NCBI RefSeq assembly: GCF_052049575.1 | Contig: NZ_JBNGZQ010000001.1 | Span: 40,209 to 104,208, forward strand | Direction of reading: 5' to 3' | Length of the DNA stretch: 64,000 bases | DNA from: Candidatus Pelagibacter sp. | GTDB taxonomy: Bacteria; Pseudomonadota; Alphaproteobacteria; Pelagibacterales; Pelagibacteraceae | Notes under the pieces: model-generated | The model's database searches: none | What the model saw: the letters and a program-made list of their open reading frames with translations, nothing else | What the model was told of the DNA's origin: nothing | Translations under genes and position numbers: made by a program | Shown: one piece after another, positions 1 to 9,906 of the stretch | Layout of the letters: each line of letters begins with the position of its first letter | Position numbering within the stretch: position 1 is the first letter of the stretch

Positions 1-289
1 TCCATCCTCCGATTTCTCTTGCAAGCCTGAGTGTTCTTAATGCTTCTTGTGAATTAAAACAGCCAGCAGTATTAGGCAAATAAGTTATTTTTTTTGGATC
101 TATATAATCCATTAATAAAGGTTTTTTTTTATCAGTAATATTTACTCTTCTAACTGCAACAGTCACAATATTAGCCCCAGATATTTTTATAGCCTTAGCA
201 CACTCTGACATATTTTTATATTTGCCAGTACCAACGATCAATCTCGAATTAAATTTTATCTTTGAAATTATTAGATTATCTTTTTTCAA
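1..289 (-). CDS. thiG: Thiazole synthase, 5' part only (runs off the window start)
   Basis: Not in the ORF track. Manual translation from TTG at 289 gives [26 protein letters not shown]...TVAVRRVN...YLPNTAGC...RTLRLARE, the ThiG N-terminal motifs. It starts 2 nt after the thiS stop. Confidence 0.93.
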   Translation of the reverse strand, partial: MKKDNLIISKIKFNSRLIVGTGKYKNMSECAKAIKISGANIVTVAVRRVNITDKKKPLLMDYIDPKKITYLPNTAGCFNSQEALRTLRLAREIGGW

Positions 290-291
290 AA

Positions 292-504
292 CTAACCACC
301 TCCAATAAAGTGTACAATTTCAATTGTATCATTAACTTTTAAATTGATTTTATTTAGATTTTTTTTATCCACTATTTCTCTATTTAACTCAATGGCAACT
401 TTTTTCAAAGGGACTTTTAATTTTTTAACTAAGTCAGATAATTTAGTTTTATCATCAATTTTATTTATTTTACCGTTTATTTTTATTTTTATTTTTTTTT
501 TCAT
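292..504 (-). CDS. thiS: Sulfur carrier protein ThiS
   Basis: 70 aa, [10 protein letters not shown] motif, C-terminal IVHFIGGG, adjacent to thiG. Confidence 0.95.
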   Translation of the reverse strand: MKKKIKIKINGKINKIDDKTKLSDLVKKLKVPLKKVAIELNREIVDKKNLNKINLKVNDTIEIVHFIGGG

Positions 505-520
505 CGTATATAAATGTTAA

Positions 521-967
521 ATGAACAATAAGATAATTATAATTAATGGTCCAAATCTTAATCTATTAGGAGAAAGAGAACAATCACAATATGGATCTAC
601 TACATTTGAAGATTTAAAAGAAATTTGTTTAAAAAAATCAAAAGAATTAGGTTTAGTAGCTGATTTTTCACAATCAAATATTGAAGGCGAAATAGTTAGC
701 TTAATACAAAACTCTAGAAAAAATTTTGATGGAATTATAATCAATGCTGCAGGTTTTACACATACCTCTGTGGCTATTAGAGATGCATTAAGTATTTTTA
801 AAAAACCAATTATTGAGTTACATATTTCAAATATATATAAACGTGAAGAATTTAGACATAAATCTTTGATAAGTGACGTAGTTACAGGTGGTATTTTTGG
901 TTTAGGTACTGATGGTTATATTTTAGCCATAATTTCAATGCAAAAGCTCTTACAAAATGAAAATTAA
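521..967 (+). CDS. aroQ: Type II 3-dehydroquinate dehydratase
   Basis: NGPNLNLLG.RE..YG, INAAGFTHTSVAIRDA and ELHISNIYKREEFRH motifs; conserved aroQ-accB-accC order. Confidence 0.97.
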   Translation: MNNKIIIINGPNLNLLGEREQSQYGSTTFEDLKEICLKKSKELGLVADFSQSNIEGEIVSLIQNSRKNFDGIIINAAGFTHTSVAIRDALSIFKKPIIELHISNIYKREEFRHKSLISDVVTGGIFGLGTDGYILAIISMQKLLQNEN

Positions 968-1388
968 TAAAAAGATCATCAAAGAACTTAGTGACTATTT
1001 AGAAGAATTTAATCTTACTGAGTTAGAGTATACCGAGAAAGATACTAAAATTAAAGTATCTAAAAATAATATTTCAGTAAATAGTCAGAATATTCCAAGT
1101 CCAAAAACTGATGTAAATAATTTGAATATTAATTTATCAGAGAAAACTAAAACAGGAGTTGAAGTTAAATCCCCAATTATAGGAACAGCATATCATGCAC
1201 CTGAACCCGGTGCAAAAAAATTTGTTGAGATTGGAAAAAAAATTAAAAAAGGCGACACGGTAATGATCGTAGAGGCCATGAAAACCATGAACCATGTACC
1301 ATCAACTGCAGATGGAGTTGTAAAAGAAATTTGTGTTGAAGATGGTCAACCTGTAGAATTTGGTCAAAATTTATTAATTCTTGATTAA
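957..1388 (+). CDS. accB: Acetyl-CoA carboxylase biotin carboxyl carrier protein
   Basis: EAMKTMN biotinylation motif, SPIIGTAY, GQPVEFGQ. Confidence 0.97.
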   Translation: MKINKKIIKELSDYLEEFNLTELEYTEKDTKIKVSKNNISVNSQNIPSPKTDVNNLNINLSEKTKTGVEVKSPIIGTAYHAPEPGAKKFVEIGKKIKKGDTVMIVEAMKTMNHVPSTADGVVKEICVEDGQPVEFGQNLLILD

Positions 1389-2725
1389 TGTTTAAAAAAA
1401 TTTTGATAGCTAACCGTGGTGAAATTGCGGTTAGAATTATAAGAGCCTGTAAGGAATGGGGGATTTCAACTGTAGCTGTTCATTCTGATGTAGATAAAGA
1501 AAGTATGCATGTAAGAATGGCAGATGAGAGTGTTTGTATAGGCTCTCATCAACCGGCAAATAGTTATTTAAATATCCCAGCCCTATTATCTGCTATAGAA
1601 ATTACCAATGCTGAAGCTGTACACCCTGGTTATGGTTTTCTCTCAGAAAATGCTAATTTTGCGAGAGTGCTTGAGGACAATAATATTAAATTTATAGGCG
1701 CATCATCAGAATTAATAGAGATGATGGGAGATAAGATTCAAGCAAAAAAAATTGCCAAAGAAAATGGTCTACCAGTTATTGAGGGATCTGAAGGTGGAGT
1801 TAAAGATGTTAAAGAAGCTAAAGAATTGTGCAAAAAAATTGGTTTTCCAGTTTTGATTAAAGCTTCTGGTGGTGGTGGTGGAAAAGGTATGAAAATCGTT
1901 TACAAAGAGGATGAATTTGAAACATTGTTTTCAACTGCAAAATCTGAAGCTCAAAAATATTTTGGAAATGATGAAGTATATATAGAAAAATTTTTTCAAA
2001 ATCCGAGGCACATTGAAGTTCAAATTTTAGCTGGAAAAAATAGAACTATTCATCTTTATGAAAGAGATTGTTCTGTTCAAAGAAGACACCAAAAACTAAT
2101 TGAGGAAACACCAAGCCCAGTTTTAACTGATGAGATAAGAACAGATCTTTTTGAAAAAACTGTAAATATGGTATCAAAAATTGGCTATATGGGTGCTGGA
2201 ACCGTTGAATTTATTTATGAGGATGGCAAATTTTATTTTCTTGAAATGAATACAAGAGTTCAAGTTGAACATCCTGTTACTGAAATGGTAACCGGTATAG
2301 ATATTATTAAAGAACAAATTTGGATAGCGTTTTCTGGAGAAACTGCTTTAAAACAAAGTGATATAAATCCAAGAGGGCATGCTATAGAATGCAGAATAAA
2401 TGCAGAGGATGCTAGTAAAAATTTCCAACCATCGCCTGGATTGATTGGCATGTGTCATCAACCATCGGGCTTCAGAACTAGAGTTGATGGTGCAATATAT
2501 CAGGGTTATAAAGTAACTCCTTATTATGATAGTATGATTTGCAAGCTAATTTGCCATGGTAGAAATAGATTAGAGGCTATTCAAAGGATGAACAGGTCTT
2601 TAGATGAGTTTGTTATAGAGGGAATTACCACAACAATCCCATTACATAAAAAATTGCTAAATCATAAGAAGTTTATCGAGTCTGATTTTAATGTTAGTTG
2701 GTTAGATAAAGATAAAATACTTTAG
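1388..2725 (+). CDS. accC: Acetyl-CoA carboxylase biotin carboxylase subunit
   Basis: KILIANRGEIA, HPGYGFLSEN, GGGGKGM, RDCSVQRRHQK, EMNTRVQVEHPVTE. Confidence 0.98.
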   Translation: MFKKILIANRGEIAVRIIRACKEWGISTVAVHSDVDKESMHVRMADESVCIGSHQPANSYLNIPALLSAIEITNAEAVHPGYGFLSENANFARVLEDNNIKFIGASSELIEMMGDKIQAKKIAKENGLPVIEGSEGGVKDVKEAKELCKKIGFPVLIKASGGGGGKGMKIVYKEDEFETLFSTAKSEAQKYFGNDEVYIEKFFQNPRHIEVQILAGKNRTIHLYERDCSVQRRHQKLIEETPSPVLTDEIRTDLFEKTVNMVSKIGYMGAGTVEFIYEDGKFYFLEMNTRVQVEHPVTEMVTGIDIIKEQIWIAFSGETALKQSDINPRGHAIECRINAEDASKNFQPSPGLIGMCHQPSGFRTRVDGAIYQGYKVTPYYDSMICKLICHGRNRLEAIQRMNRSLDEFVIEGITTTIPLHKKLLNHKKFIESDFNVSWLDKDKIL

Positions 2726-3126
2726 TAACAGCTGACAAGCCAAATATCGTAAACAGGATGATCGAAAGGTGCTATAGAGGGGCTTGATGAGAACATCCAA
2801 CCATTAAAAACAAAAACGTTATTTCTATCTTTTTTTGTTAAATCTCTTACTTGGATATATGCCTTAACCTCAGGATTATCATCAAATTTAGAGTCAGTAC
2901 ATTTAATACTTTTTATAGCTAAATCTTTATAAATAAATTCCTCATTATTGACTAATTTTATCAACTCATTTTTGGAACTAATCTTATCTAATATTTTTAT
3001 ATCAGTTTTATTTCCATCAAGGTTGATTTCAGCACTAGTCTTAAGTGTTATAAATATAAAAAATAAATATATAAATAAAAATAAATTTAGTTTATTTCCA
3101 ACTTTTATATTTTTTTTCAGTTGCAT
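2722..3126 (-). CDS. DUF2155-family exported protein
   Basis: LDKIS motif and C-terminal FNGWMFSSSPSIAPFDHPVYDIWLVSC, typical of DUF2155; hydrophobic N-terminus; usual position next to accC and NDUFA12. Confidence 0.8.
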   Translation of the reverse strand: MQLKKNIKVGNKLNLFLFIYLFFIFITLKTSAEINLDGNKTDIKILDKISSKNELIKLVNNEEFIYKDLAIKSIKCTDSKFDDNPEVKAYIQVRDLTKKDRNNVFVFNGWMFSSSPSIAPFDHPVYDIWLVSCY

Positions 3127-3451
3127 TTTTATTGTTCTTATTTGGATAGTAAGCTGAGTCAGTACCGGTCAAATTAGCTTGGTGAGGTTTTTGCCAATTA
3201 TGCTTCTCTAATTTATGAATATTTTCAATTTTATTTGGCATAAAATGAATCCAAGAATACCATTCAACTGGAATTTTTGATGCATCAATTTCATTCGCAT
3301 AAATTACCCACCTTTTTCCTTTTTTGCTTTGATAATATTTATTCCCATGTTCATCTGATCCGATCAATTTACCAAATAATATAGTTTTGATCCTAGTACC
3401 AATTGTATCTCGATTCCACCAGGTGAAAATTTTTTTTAAGAATGTCAACAT
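3092..3451 (-). CDS. NADH:ubiquinone oxidoreductase accessory subunit, NDUFA12 (17.2 kDa) family
   Basis: FTWWN, G.DEHGNKYY, RWVIY...DASKIPVEWYSWIH, W.KPHQANLTGT..AY.P motifs. Confidence 0.9.
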   Translation of the reverse strand: MLTFLKKIFTWWNRDTIGTRIKTILFGKLIGSDEHGNKYYQSKKGKRWVIYANEIDASKIPVEWYSWIHFMPNKIENIHKLEKHNWQKPHQANLTGTDSAYYPNKNNKNATEKKYKSWK

Positions 3452-3564
3452 GTAAAATTTAATAATTTCAATTTTAAATTGTATAATTTAAATTAGACTA
3501 AAATGTGTAAATGTATATAAGTAAAAAGATTCAAATTTCAAATTTAATTTAAGGATTATTAAAA

Positions 3565-4389
3565 ATGGCAAAATATCTTGTAGAAACTTATTATACATGC
3601 ACTTTTAAGGTAAATCATTATCTTGATGACATCAATGAAACTGAGCTAAAGAATCTCGAAAAAAGAGACGATGGGAAATTTGAAGTTCTAGACGTAAAAT
3701 TAGACAATCGAAAGACGAAAAGTCTTGATCCTGATAGTAAAAAAGGTGATCAAAATAAAAAAATTGATTTAGTTCCAACTCAAAATGAAAATAAAACTAA
3801 TAGTGTTGAAAAAATAGTTTCTCAATCTTTTGCGAAATCTGAAAATTCTGGAAAAAGATTTAGCATGCCTGATAGAAGGAAAGGATATATTCAAAAAGCA
3901 ACAATTGGTGACCATAAAGTTTATTTACATACTGGAGAGTATGAGGATGGTAAAATTGGAGAAATCTTTATTGATACAAGTAAAGAGGGAGAGCTAGTTA
4001 AAGCTTTAATGAATAATTTTGCTATCGCTGTTTCACTTGGTCTTCAATATGGAGTACCGTTAGACGAGTTTGTAAATGCATTTATAGGAACTAAATTTGA
4101 GCCCTCTGGTAAAGTAAATGGTAATGACAGAATTTTAAGTGCTTCCTCAATTCTGGATTATATATTTAGGGAACTAGCGATCTCATATCTAAACAGAGAA
4201 GATTTAGCACATACTCCCTCAATAGGTAATTTAGATGCCTCATCTGCAGATGAAAAAGGCTCTGATGAACAAAACCAATTACTAAAAATAGTAAAAGATA
4301 TAACGAGTAAAGGATTTGTAAGAAATAATTACAAAAAAAATCTGGTAGATTTATCAGATGTTAAAATTAGTCTTAAAGGTAAAAAATAA
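3565..4389 (+). CDS. Stand-alone protein carrying the C-terminal (TSCPD-type) domain of alphaproteobacterial class II ribonucleotide reductase, without the catalytic barrel
   Basis: Residues ~98-220 ([44 protein letters not shown]...[60 protein letters not shown]) match the NrdJ C-terminal region as I know it. At 274 aa it cannot be a full reductase. Confidence 0.8.
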   Translation: MAKYLVETYYTCTFKVNHYLDDINETELKNLEKRDDGKFEVLDVKLDNRKTKSLDPDSKKGDQNKKIDLVPTQNENKTNSVEKIVSQSFAKSENSGKRFSMPDRRKGYIQKATIGDHKVYLHTGEYEDGKIGEIFIDTSKEGELVKALMNNFAIAVSLGLQYGVPLDEFVNAFIGTKFEPSGKVNGNDRILSASSILDYIFRELAISYLNREDLAHTPSIGNLDASSADEKGSDEQNQLLKIVKDITSKGFVRNNYKKNLVDLSDVKISLKGKK

Positions 4390-6174
4390 TTATTTTTTAC
4401 TTTTTATAGACAAATTTAACTCTTTTAGTTGATTTTCACTTACACTAGAAGGTGCATTCATCATTAAATCCTGTGCATTTTGATTCATTGGAAACATTGT
4501 AACTTCTCGAATATTTTTTTCATTTGCTAGTAACATAATTATTCTATCAATTCCTGGGGCAATACCTCCATGAGGTGGAGCACCATAACTTAAAGCGTTT
4601 ATCATTCCACTAAATTTTTGATCAACTTCGGATCTAGAGTAACCTGCAACATCAAATAATTTATACATTAGATCTGGTATATGATTTCTAATCGCACCCG
4701 AAGATAATTCTATTCCATTACACACAATATCATATTGATATGCAAGTATATCTAATGGTTTTTCAAAATTAATTTTATTAATATCCCCTTGTGGCATAGA
4801 AAAAGGATTATGACTGAATTTAATTTTATTTGTTTGATTATCTATTTCATACATTGGATAATCTACAATCCAACAGAATGCGAAAACGTTTTCATCGATT
4901 AAACCCAAATCTTTTCCAATTTTATCTCTAGCTGACGCAGTTATCTTTTCTACCTCTTCTGATTTACCACAAGCAAGAAAAATACTGTCACCTACTTTTG
5001 CTTCAGTTTTAATCATTATTTCGTTTAGTGAGTCTTTTGAAAAAAATTTACCTACCGGCCCTTTCGCTGAAATTTCTTTCTCTTTTTCAATAGTAAAGTA
5101 AGCGAGTCCGGAAGCGCCTTGTTCTTTTGCCCATTTATCAATATTATCAAAGAAACTTCGCGGTTTATCTTTTGTATTTTTTGTAACAATGCACCTGACT
5201 TTAGATCCAGATTTAACAAGTTTTTTAAATATTTCAAAAGAAACATCTTCTCTCAAAAAAATTTCAGTAATGTCAGTTATAATTAATGGATTTCTTAAGT
5301 CTGGTTTATCTGTTCCATATTTAATCATTGATTCTTTATATGAGATTCTTGGAAACTGATTAAACAATAATTCTTTATTTGAAAATTTTTTAAATGTATT
5401 AACAAATAACTTCTCTACTACATTAAATACATCTTCTTGATCAACAAAAGACATTTCTAAATCTAATTGATAGAACTCCCCAGGACTTCTATCTGCTCTT
5501 GCATCTTCGTCTCTAAAACAAGGAGCAATCTGAAAATACTTATCAAAGCCAGAGACCATCACTAATTGTTTGAATTGTTGAGGTGCTTGTGGAAGTGCGT
5601 AAAATTTTCCTGGATTTAGTCTGCTCGGTACCAAAAAATCTCTTGCTCCCTCTGGACTTGATGAGGTCAAAATTGGTGTTTGAAATTCTAAAAATCCTAA
5701 TTTATTCATTTCATTTCTAATAAATGAAATTACTTTTGATCTTAATATAATGTTTTCATGAATTTTTTTTCTTCTTAAATCTAAAAAACGATACTTCAAT
5801 CTTATCTCTTCAGCATACTCTCTGTCAGAAAAAACTGGTAAAGGAAGTTCTTTACATTCACCAAGAACTTGAAAATTTTTGATTTCAACCTCAATTTCTC
5901 CAGTTTCAATATCCTTATTAATTGTGTCTTTTGATCTTTCAACTACTTTTCCATTAATTTTAATTACTGTTTCTAATTGTATTTTTTCCAGCTTTTTAAA
6001 ATGAGAATTTTCTTTATCGATAATACACTGTGTTATTCCGTAATTATCTCTTAAATCTATAAATAAAAGATTTCCATGATCTCTTTTTTTATTTATCCAG
6101 CCTGAAAGAATTACTTCATCTCCAACTTTTTCTTTTCTTAATTCGTTGCATTTATGAGTTCTAAATTTGCTCAA
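4390..6174 (-). CDS. aspS: Aspartate--tRNA ligase, probably non-discriminating (Asp/Asn)
   Basis: RDHG.L.FIDLRD, EGARDFLVPSR, FRDEDARADR, GGIAPGIDR. His in RDHG is the residue associated with non-discriminating AspRS. TTG start directly after the hda stop. Confidence 0.97.
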   Translation of the reverse strand: MSKFRTHKCNELRKEKVGDEVILSGWINKKRDHGNLLFIDLRDNYGITQCIIDKENSHFKKLEKIQLETVIKINGKVVERSKDTINKDIETGEIEVEIKNFQVLGECKELPLPVFSDREYAEEIRLKYRFLDLRRKKIHENIILRSKVISFIRNEMNKLGFLEFQTPILTSSSPEGARDFLVPSRLNPGKFYALPQAPQQFKQLVMVSGFDKYFQIAPCFRDEDARADRSPGEFYQLDLEMSFVDQEDVFNVVEKLFVNTFKKFSNKELLFNQFPRISYKESMIKYGTDKPDLRNPLIITDITEIFLREDVSFEIFKKLVKSGSKVRCIVTKNTKDKPRSFFDNIDKWAKEQGASGLAYFTIEKEKEISAKGPVGKFFSKDSLNEIMIKTEAKVGDSIFLACGKSEEVEKITASARDKIGKDLGLIDENVFAFCWIVDYPMYEIDNQTNKIKFSHNPFSMPQGDINKINFEKPLDILAYQYDIVCNGIELSSGAIRNHIPDLMYKLFDVAGYSRSEVDQKFSGMINALSYGAPPHGGIAPGIDRIIMLLANEKNIREVTMFPMNQNAQDLMMNAPSSVSENQLKELNLSIKSKK

Positions 6175-6837
6175 TTATTCTCCCAAAACTTCTTTAATAA
6201 TTTTAAAATCAATTGATTTTTTTTTTTTTAAACTTAATTGATCGATCTTATATATGAAATCATAAATTTTACTATATGATCTCTCAATTCTTTTAATGAT
6301 AAACCCAATGAATTTATCATCAAGAGAGATTTGTCGATCAGATAAATTTTTTAATATAATAGCAAATATCAACTCATCATCCGGTTTTTCGATATTTAAT
6401 AAAATAAAATTTTTTGCTCTAGACTTTAAATCTTTTAAATCAAAAGGAATATTAACTATTGATTTTGTAGATGTTATAATAATAAATTTATTATCTTGTT
6501 CAACTAAATTAAAAAGACTGTAAAGTAATTTTTCATTAACTTCTGAAGACAAATTTTCAATTACAATGTTTTCATAAATCTTTATTTTTTTTAAATCATC
6601 ATTCTGTAAAGATTTTCCCTCAAACTTGATACCTTTGTTTTTTTGTAAAAAAATATTCATGAGATGGGTTTTTCCAGAAAGCTTTTCCCCAGATACATTA
6701 ATGAAATTTCTCTCCCATTTCGGCCATTTGTTTAAAAAATCAAAAACATGTTTATTACTTTTTGAGAGATAGAAATCTTCATTTTTAAAATTTTTGTCAT
6801 GATCAAATTTGATTACTGTTTGATCTAAGTCTCTCAT
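6175..6837 (-). CDS. hda: DnaA regulatory inactivator Hda-like AAA+ protein
   Basis: Walker A-like GEKLSGKTHL, DLKSR, IERSY; usual position beside DUF2066 and purM. Confidence 0.8.
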   Translation of the reverse strand: MRDLDQTVIKFDHDKNFKNEDFYLSKSNKHVFDFLNKWPKWERNFINVSGEKLSGKTHLMNIFLQKNKGIKFEGKSLQNDDLKKIKIYENIVIENLSSEVNEKLLYSLFNLVEQDNKFIIITSTKSIVNIPFDLKDLKSRAKNFILLNIEKPDDELIFAIILKNLSDRQISLDDKFIGFIIKRIERSYSKIYDFIYKIDQLSLKKKKSIDFKIIKEVLGE

Positions 6838-7895
6838 TCAATTATCCAAACTTTTTTTTGCGTATTAAGATTATATTTTTTATTTTTCATTATATTAATA
6901 AAATTTTGGACTGTTCCATTAAATAAAACTTCGTAAAATATGAATTCTTTGTCAAATTTTTGTATAGAATAATCGCTTACCATATCTATTTCATTTAAAA
7001 ATAACTCAAAATTATTTGATTTTTTCAAATCTTCACTTTTAATCTTAATTGTAATTGGAACTTTTATTGAGGTATTTATTTCATTCAATTTTTTCCAAGT
7101 ATCTTCATATAGATTTTTCAAATTCTGGATTAAGAAATTAAGATCTTTTTCATTATCGATATTTATATTCTTAAAAGTATTATTTTTTATTATCTCATTT
7201 TCGTGATTGTAAATTTTTGTTAAAATTCTTAATTCATTATTACCCCTAAAAATTAGGGAAATAATAGAATTCTTTAAAAAGTATTTTTTTGTAATCTCAC
7301 TAAAATTATAAGTTTCTATAACGTCTAATTTTTTTTTTATAAGATTTAAGTCTTCAAGGTCCTCTGAGGGAAGTAAATAATTAATCAATTGATATCTTTT
7401 ATTTATTTTATTCCAATTAGCATAAATTGGATTATCTGAAAAAATTGAAAGATCATTTCCGTTTTCATCTATTATGATTGGAATAAATAAAAATTGCTCT
7501 TTAACTATTTGTGATGGAAAAATATTTTTTTTTTCTAAATATCTAAAAATTTTTTTTTTATTAAACGAAACACCAAGATTTACGTAATATTTTTGATCTA
7601 TAAATTTTTCCTCTTTAATCGAGAATGTTTCGATCATACCTTTGATTTCATTCAACCTTAAATTATCAATTTTTTTGAAGTCTTGGGATTTGATTAAAGA
7701 GTAGACTAATTCGAAAAAAGCTTTTTCAAACCCTAAATCAATTACCTTATTTTTATCAAAATTGATTTCAAATGGCTGAGTAATTTCAATACCATTGATT
7801 TCAAAAGATTTTGCTTTGACGGCCTCTGTGGAAAAAAAAAATATTATTAAAGCTAGAGTAGAAAAAAAAATATATAAACGTTTGATATAATACAT
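6834..7895 (-). CDS. Exported protein, DUF2066-like
   Basis: Signal-peptide-like N-terminus, AF..L and Y...L.V.F motifs; position between hda and purM. Divergent sequence. Confidence 0.5.
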   Translation of the reverse strand: MYYIKRLYIFFSTLALIIFFFSTEAVKAKSFEINGIEITQPFEINFDKNKVIDLGFEKAFFELVYSLIKSQDFKKIDNLRLNEIKGMIETFSIKEEKFIDQKYYVNLGVSFNKKKIFRYLEKKNIFPSQIVKEQFLFIPIIIDENGNDLSIFSDNPIYANWNKINKRYQLINYLLPSEDLEDLNLIKKKLDVIETYNFSEITKKYFLKNSIISLIFRGNNELRILTKIYNHENEIIKNNTFKNINIDNEKDLNFLIQNLKNLYEDTWKKLNEINTSIKVPITIKIKSEDLKKSNNFELFLNEIDMVSDYSIQKFDKEFIFYEVLFNGTVQNFINIMKNKKYNLNTQKKVWIIE

Positions 7896-7918
7896 ACTTA
7901 AATTTAAAACCTATATTA

Positions 7919-8947
7919 ATGAATAAAAATCTCTTTACCTATAAAAAAAGTGGGGTCAATATCAATGCTGCAGATAAATTTGTTAGTTTCATATCTAATA
8001 TTTCATCAAAAAAAAGAGGCAATAAAAAGAATGCTAATATTGGAGGATTTGGTTCCATCTCAGATTTGCCTAAAGATATAAAAAATCCGAAAATAGTGGC
8101 TTGTACTGACGGTGTTGGAACTAAAATTGAAATCGCAAATCTACTGAATAAATATGACACTATAGGAATAGATCTGGTTGCTATGAGTGTAAATGATTTA
8201 ATTGTACAAGGGGCAAAACCTTTATTTTTTTTGGACTACATTTCAATTAATAAAATTAACTTGAAAAAAATGAAATCAATAATTCGTGGGATAGTTAAGG
8301 GATGTGATATTTCACAATGTAGTTTAGTCGGTGGTGAGACTGCCGAAATGCCAGATACATACGAGAAAGGTAAATTTGATATAGCTGGTTTTGCAATTGG
8401 AATTGTAGATAAAAATAAAATACTTAATAAGAATAAAATAAAAAAAGGAGATCTAATTTTAGCTATTCCATCTAGTGGCTTACATTCAAATGGTTATTCA
8501 CTTGTAAGGCATCTATTGAAAGTAAAAAAAATAAATATTAAAAAAAATACTTTTCTCAAAAAAGAACTAATAAAACCAACTAGAATCTATGTAAAAGAAA
8601 TTTTAAATCTTGTAAAAAAAAATTTATTAAATGGTTGTGCAAATATTACTGGTGGTGGATTAGCCGATAATATTAGTAGAGTTATACCCAATAACTTGTG
8701 CGCAGAAATAGATTTGAATAAAATTAAACCTCTTAAGATTTTTAATTGGCTTAAGAAAAATAAGATAAGTGATAGGGAAATGCTTAAAACTTTTAATTGT
8801 GGAGTTGGATTTTGTTTAATAATAAATCCTAAAAATATAAAAAAAATTAATAAATTTTTTTTAAAAGAACATAAACCTTATATAATTGGAAAGATTTCTA
8901 AAAATAGAAAAAAAGTAAATCTTTATGGTAAAATTAACTGGCTATAA
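7919..8947 (+). CDS. purM: Phosphoribosylformylglycinamidine cyclo-ligase
   Basis: YKKSGVNI, TDGVGTK, GIDLVAMSVND, GGETAEMP, SSGLHSNGYSL, TFNCGVG. Confidence 0.97.
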   Translation: MNKNLFTYKKSGVNINAADKFVSFISNISSKKRGNKKNANIGGFGSISDLPKDIKNPKIVACTDGVGTKIEIANLLNKYDTIGIDLVAMSVNDLIVQGAKPLFFLDYISINKINLKKMKSIIRGIVKGCDISQCSLVGGETAEMPDTYEKGKFDIAGFAIGIVDKNKILNKNKIKKGDLILAIPSSGLHSNGYSLVRHLLKVKKINIKKNTFLKKELIKPTRIYVKEILNLVKKNLLNGCANITGGGLADNISRVIPNNLCAEIDLNKIKPLKIFNWLKKNKISDREMLKTFNCGVGFCLIINPKNIKKINKFFLKEHKPYIIGKISKNRKKVNLYGKINWL

Positions 8948-9506
8948 AAAAATTAAGACCGCAGTCTTTATTTCTGGCACCGGAAGCAATTTAAAGTATT
9001 TAATAAAATTTTCAAAAACAAAACAATCACCTATTTCTATTAATTTGATAATCTCAGATAACGCTAAAGCTAAAGGTTTAAAGCTAGGTAAAATATATAA
9101 AATAAAAAAAAAAGTGTTTAATTTTAGGAAAAAATATAAATTTGAAAATCAGATACTTTCTGTTTTAAAAGAGCATCAAATTAAGATGATATGCTTAGCG
9201 GGATTCATGAAAATTTTATCTAGGAATTTTATATCCAAATTTAAAGGTAAAATTTTAAATATTCACCCTTCATTACTTCCTAAATATAAAGGATTAAATA
9301 CTCATAAAAGAGCCTTAGATAATCACGAAAAATATTCAGGCTGCACTGTTCATTTTGTTAATACAAGACTTGATTCTGGTAAAATAATACTTCAAAAAAA
9401 AATTAGAATTACAAAAAATGAAACCAAAAGCTCTTTGGCAAAAAAAATATTAAAACAAGAACATAAAATTTATCCAAGAGCTATTTTAAAAGTTTTTAGT
9501 CTTTAA
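8925..9506 (+). CDS. purN: Phosphoribosylglycinamide formyltransferase
   Basis: ISGTGSNL, LAGFMKIL, NIHPSLLPKYKG, GCTVHFV..LDSG.II. Confidence 0.97.
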   Translation: MVKLTGYKKIKTAVFISGTGSNLKYLIKFSKTKQSPISINLIISDNAKAKGLKLGKIYKIKKKVFNFRKKYKFENQILSVLKEHQIKMICLAGFMKILSRNFISKFKGKILNIHPSLLPKYKGLNTHKRALDNHEKYSGCTVHFVNTRLDSGKIILQKKIRITKNETKSSLAKKILKQEHKIYPRAILKVFSL

Positions 9507-9906
9507 AGAAAAAATCGATTTCAATTTTAGCATTTTCAATACTATCTGATCCATGTACAGAATTTTTATCAATTGAAATTCCATATTTTTTTCTTATTGT
9601 ACCCTCAATAGCTTCTTTTGGATTTGTAGCTCCCATTAATTCTCTATTTCCTAAAACTGCATTTTCTCTCTCAAGAATCATAACAACTATTGGTCCTGAG
9701 GATAAATATTCACATAAATCATTATAAAACGGTTTAGTTTCATGAACTTTGTAAAATTTTTCTGCCTCTGATTTTTCGATTTGAATTTTTTTTTCTTTTA
9801 AAATTGAAAAACCTTTATTTTTAAATGTTTCCTTGATTTCATTTTCAAGATTTCTCTCTACTGCATCAGGTTTAATAATTGATAAAGTTTGCTCAATATT
9901 ACTCAT
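9496..9906 (-). CDS. ndk: Nucleoside diphosphate kinase
   Basis: EQTLSIIKPDAV, RELMGATNP, catalytic NSVHGSDS. Confidence 0.98.
   Translation of the reverse strand: MSNIEQTLSIIKPDAVERNLENEIKETFKNKGFSILKEKKIQIEKSEAEKFYKVHETKPFYNDLCEYLSSGPIVVMILERENAVLGNRELMGATNPKEAIEGTIRKKYGISIDKNSVHGSDSIENAKIEIDFFFKD

Noticed and set aside
3495-3510. Possible NrdR box (AGACTAAAATGTGTAA) upstream of the NrdJ-derived gene
   Set aside because: Several core positions of the acaCwAtATaTwGtgt consensus mismatch and there is no second tandem box.
6217-6229. 13-nt homopolymer in hda as a phase-variation tract
   Set aside because: It encodes a Lys run near the C-terminus, the frame is intact, and long A/T runs are common throughout this window.
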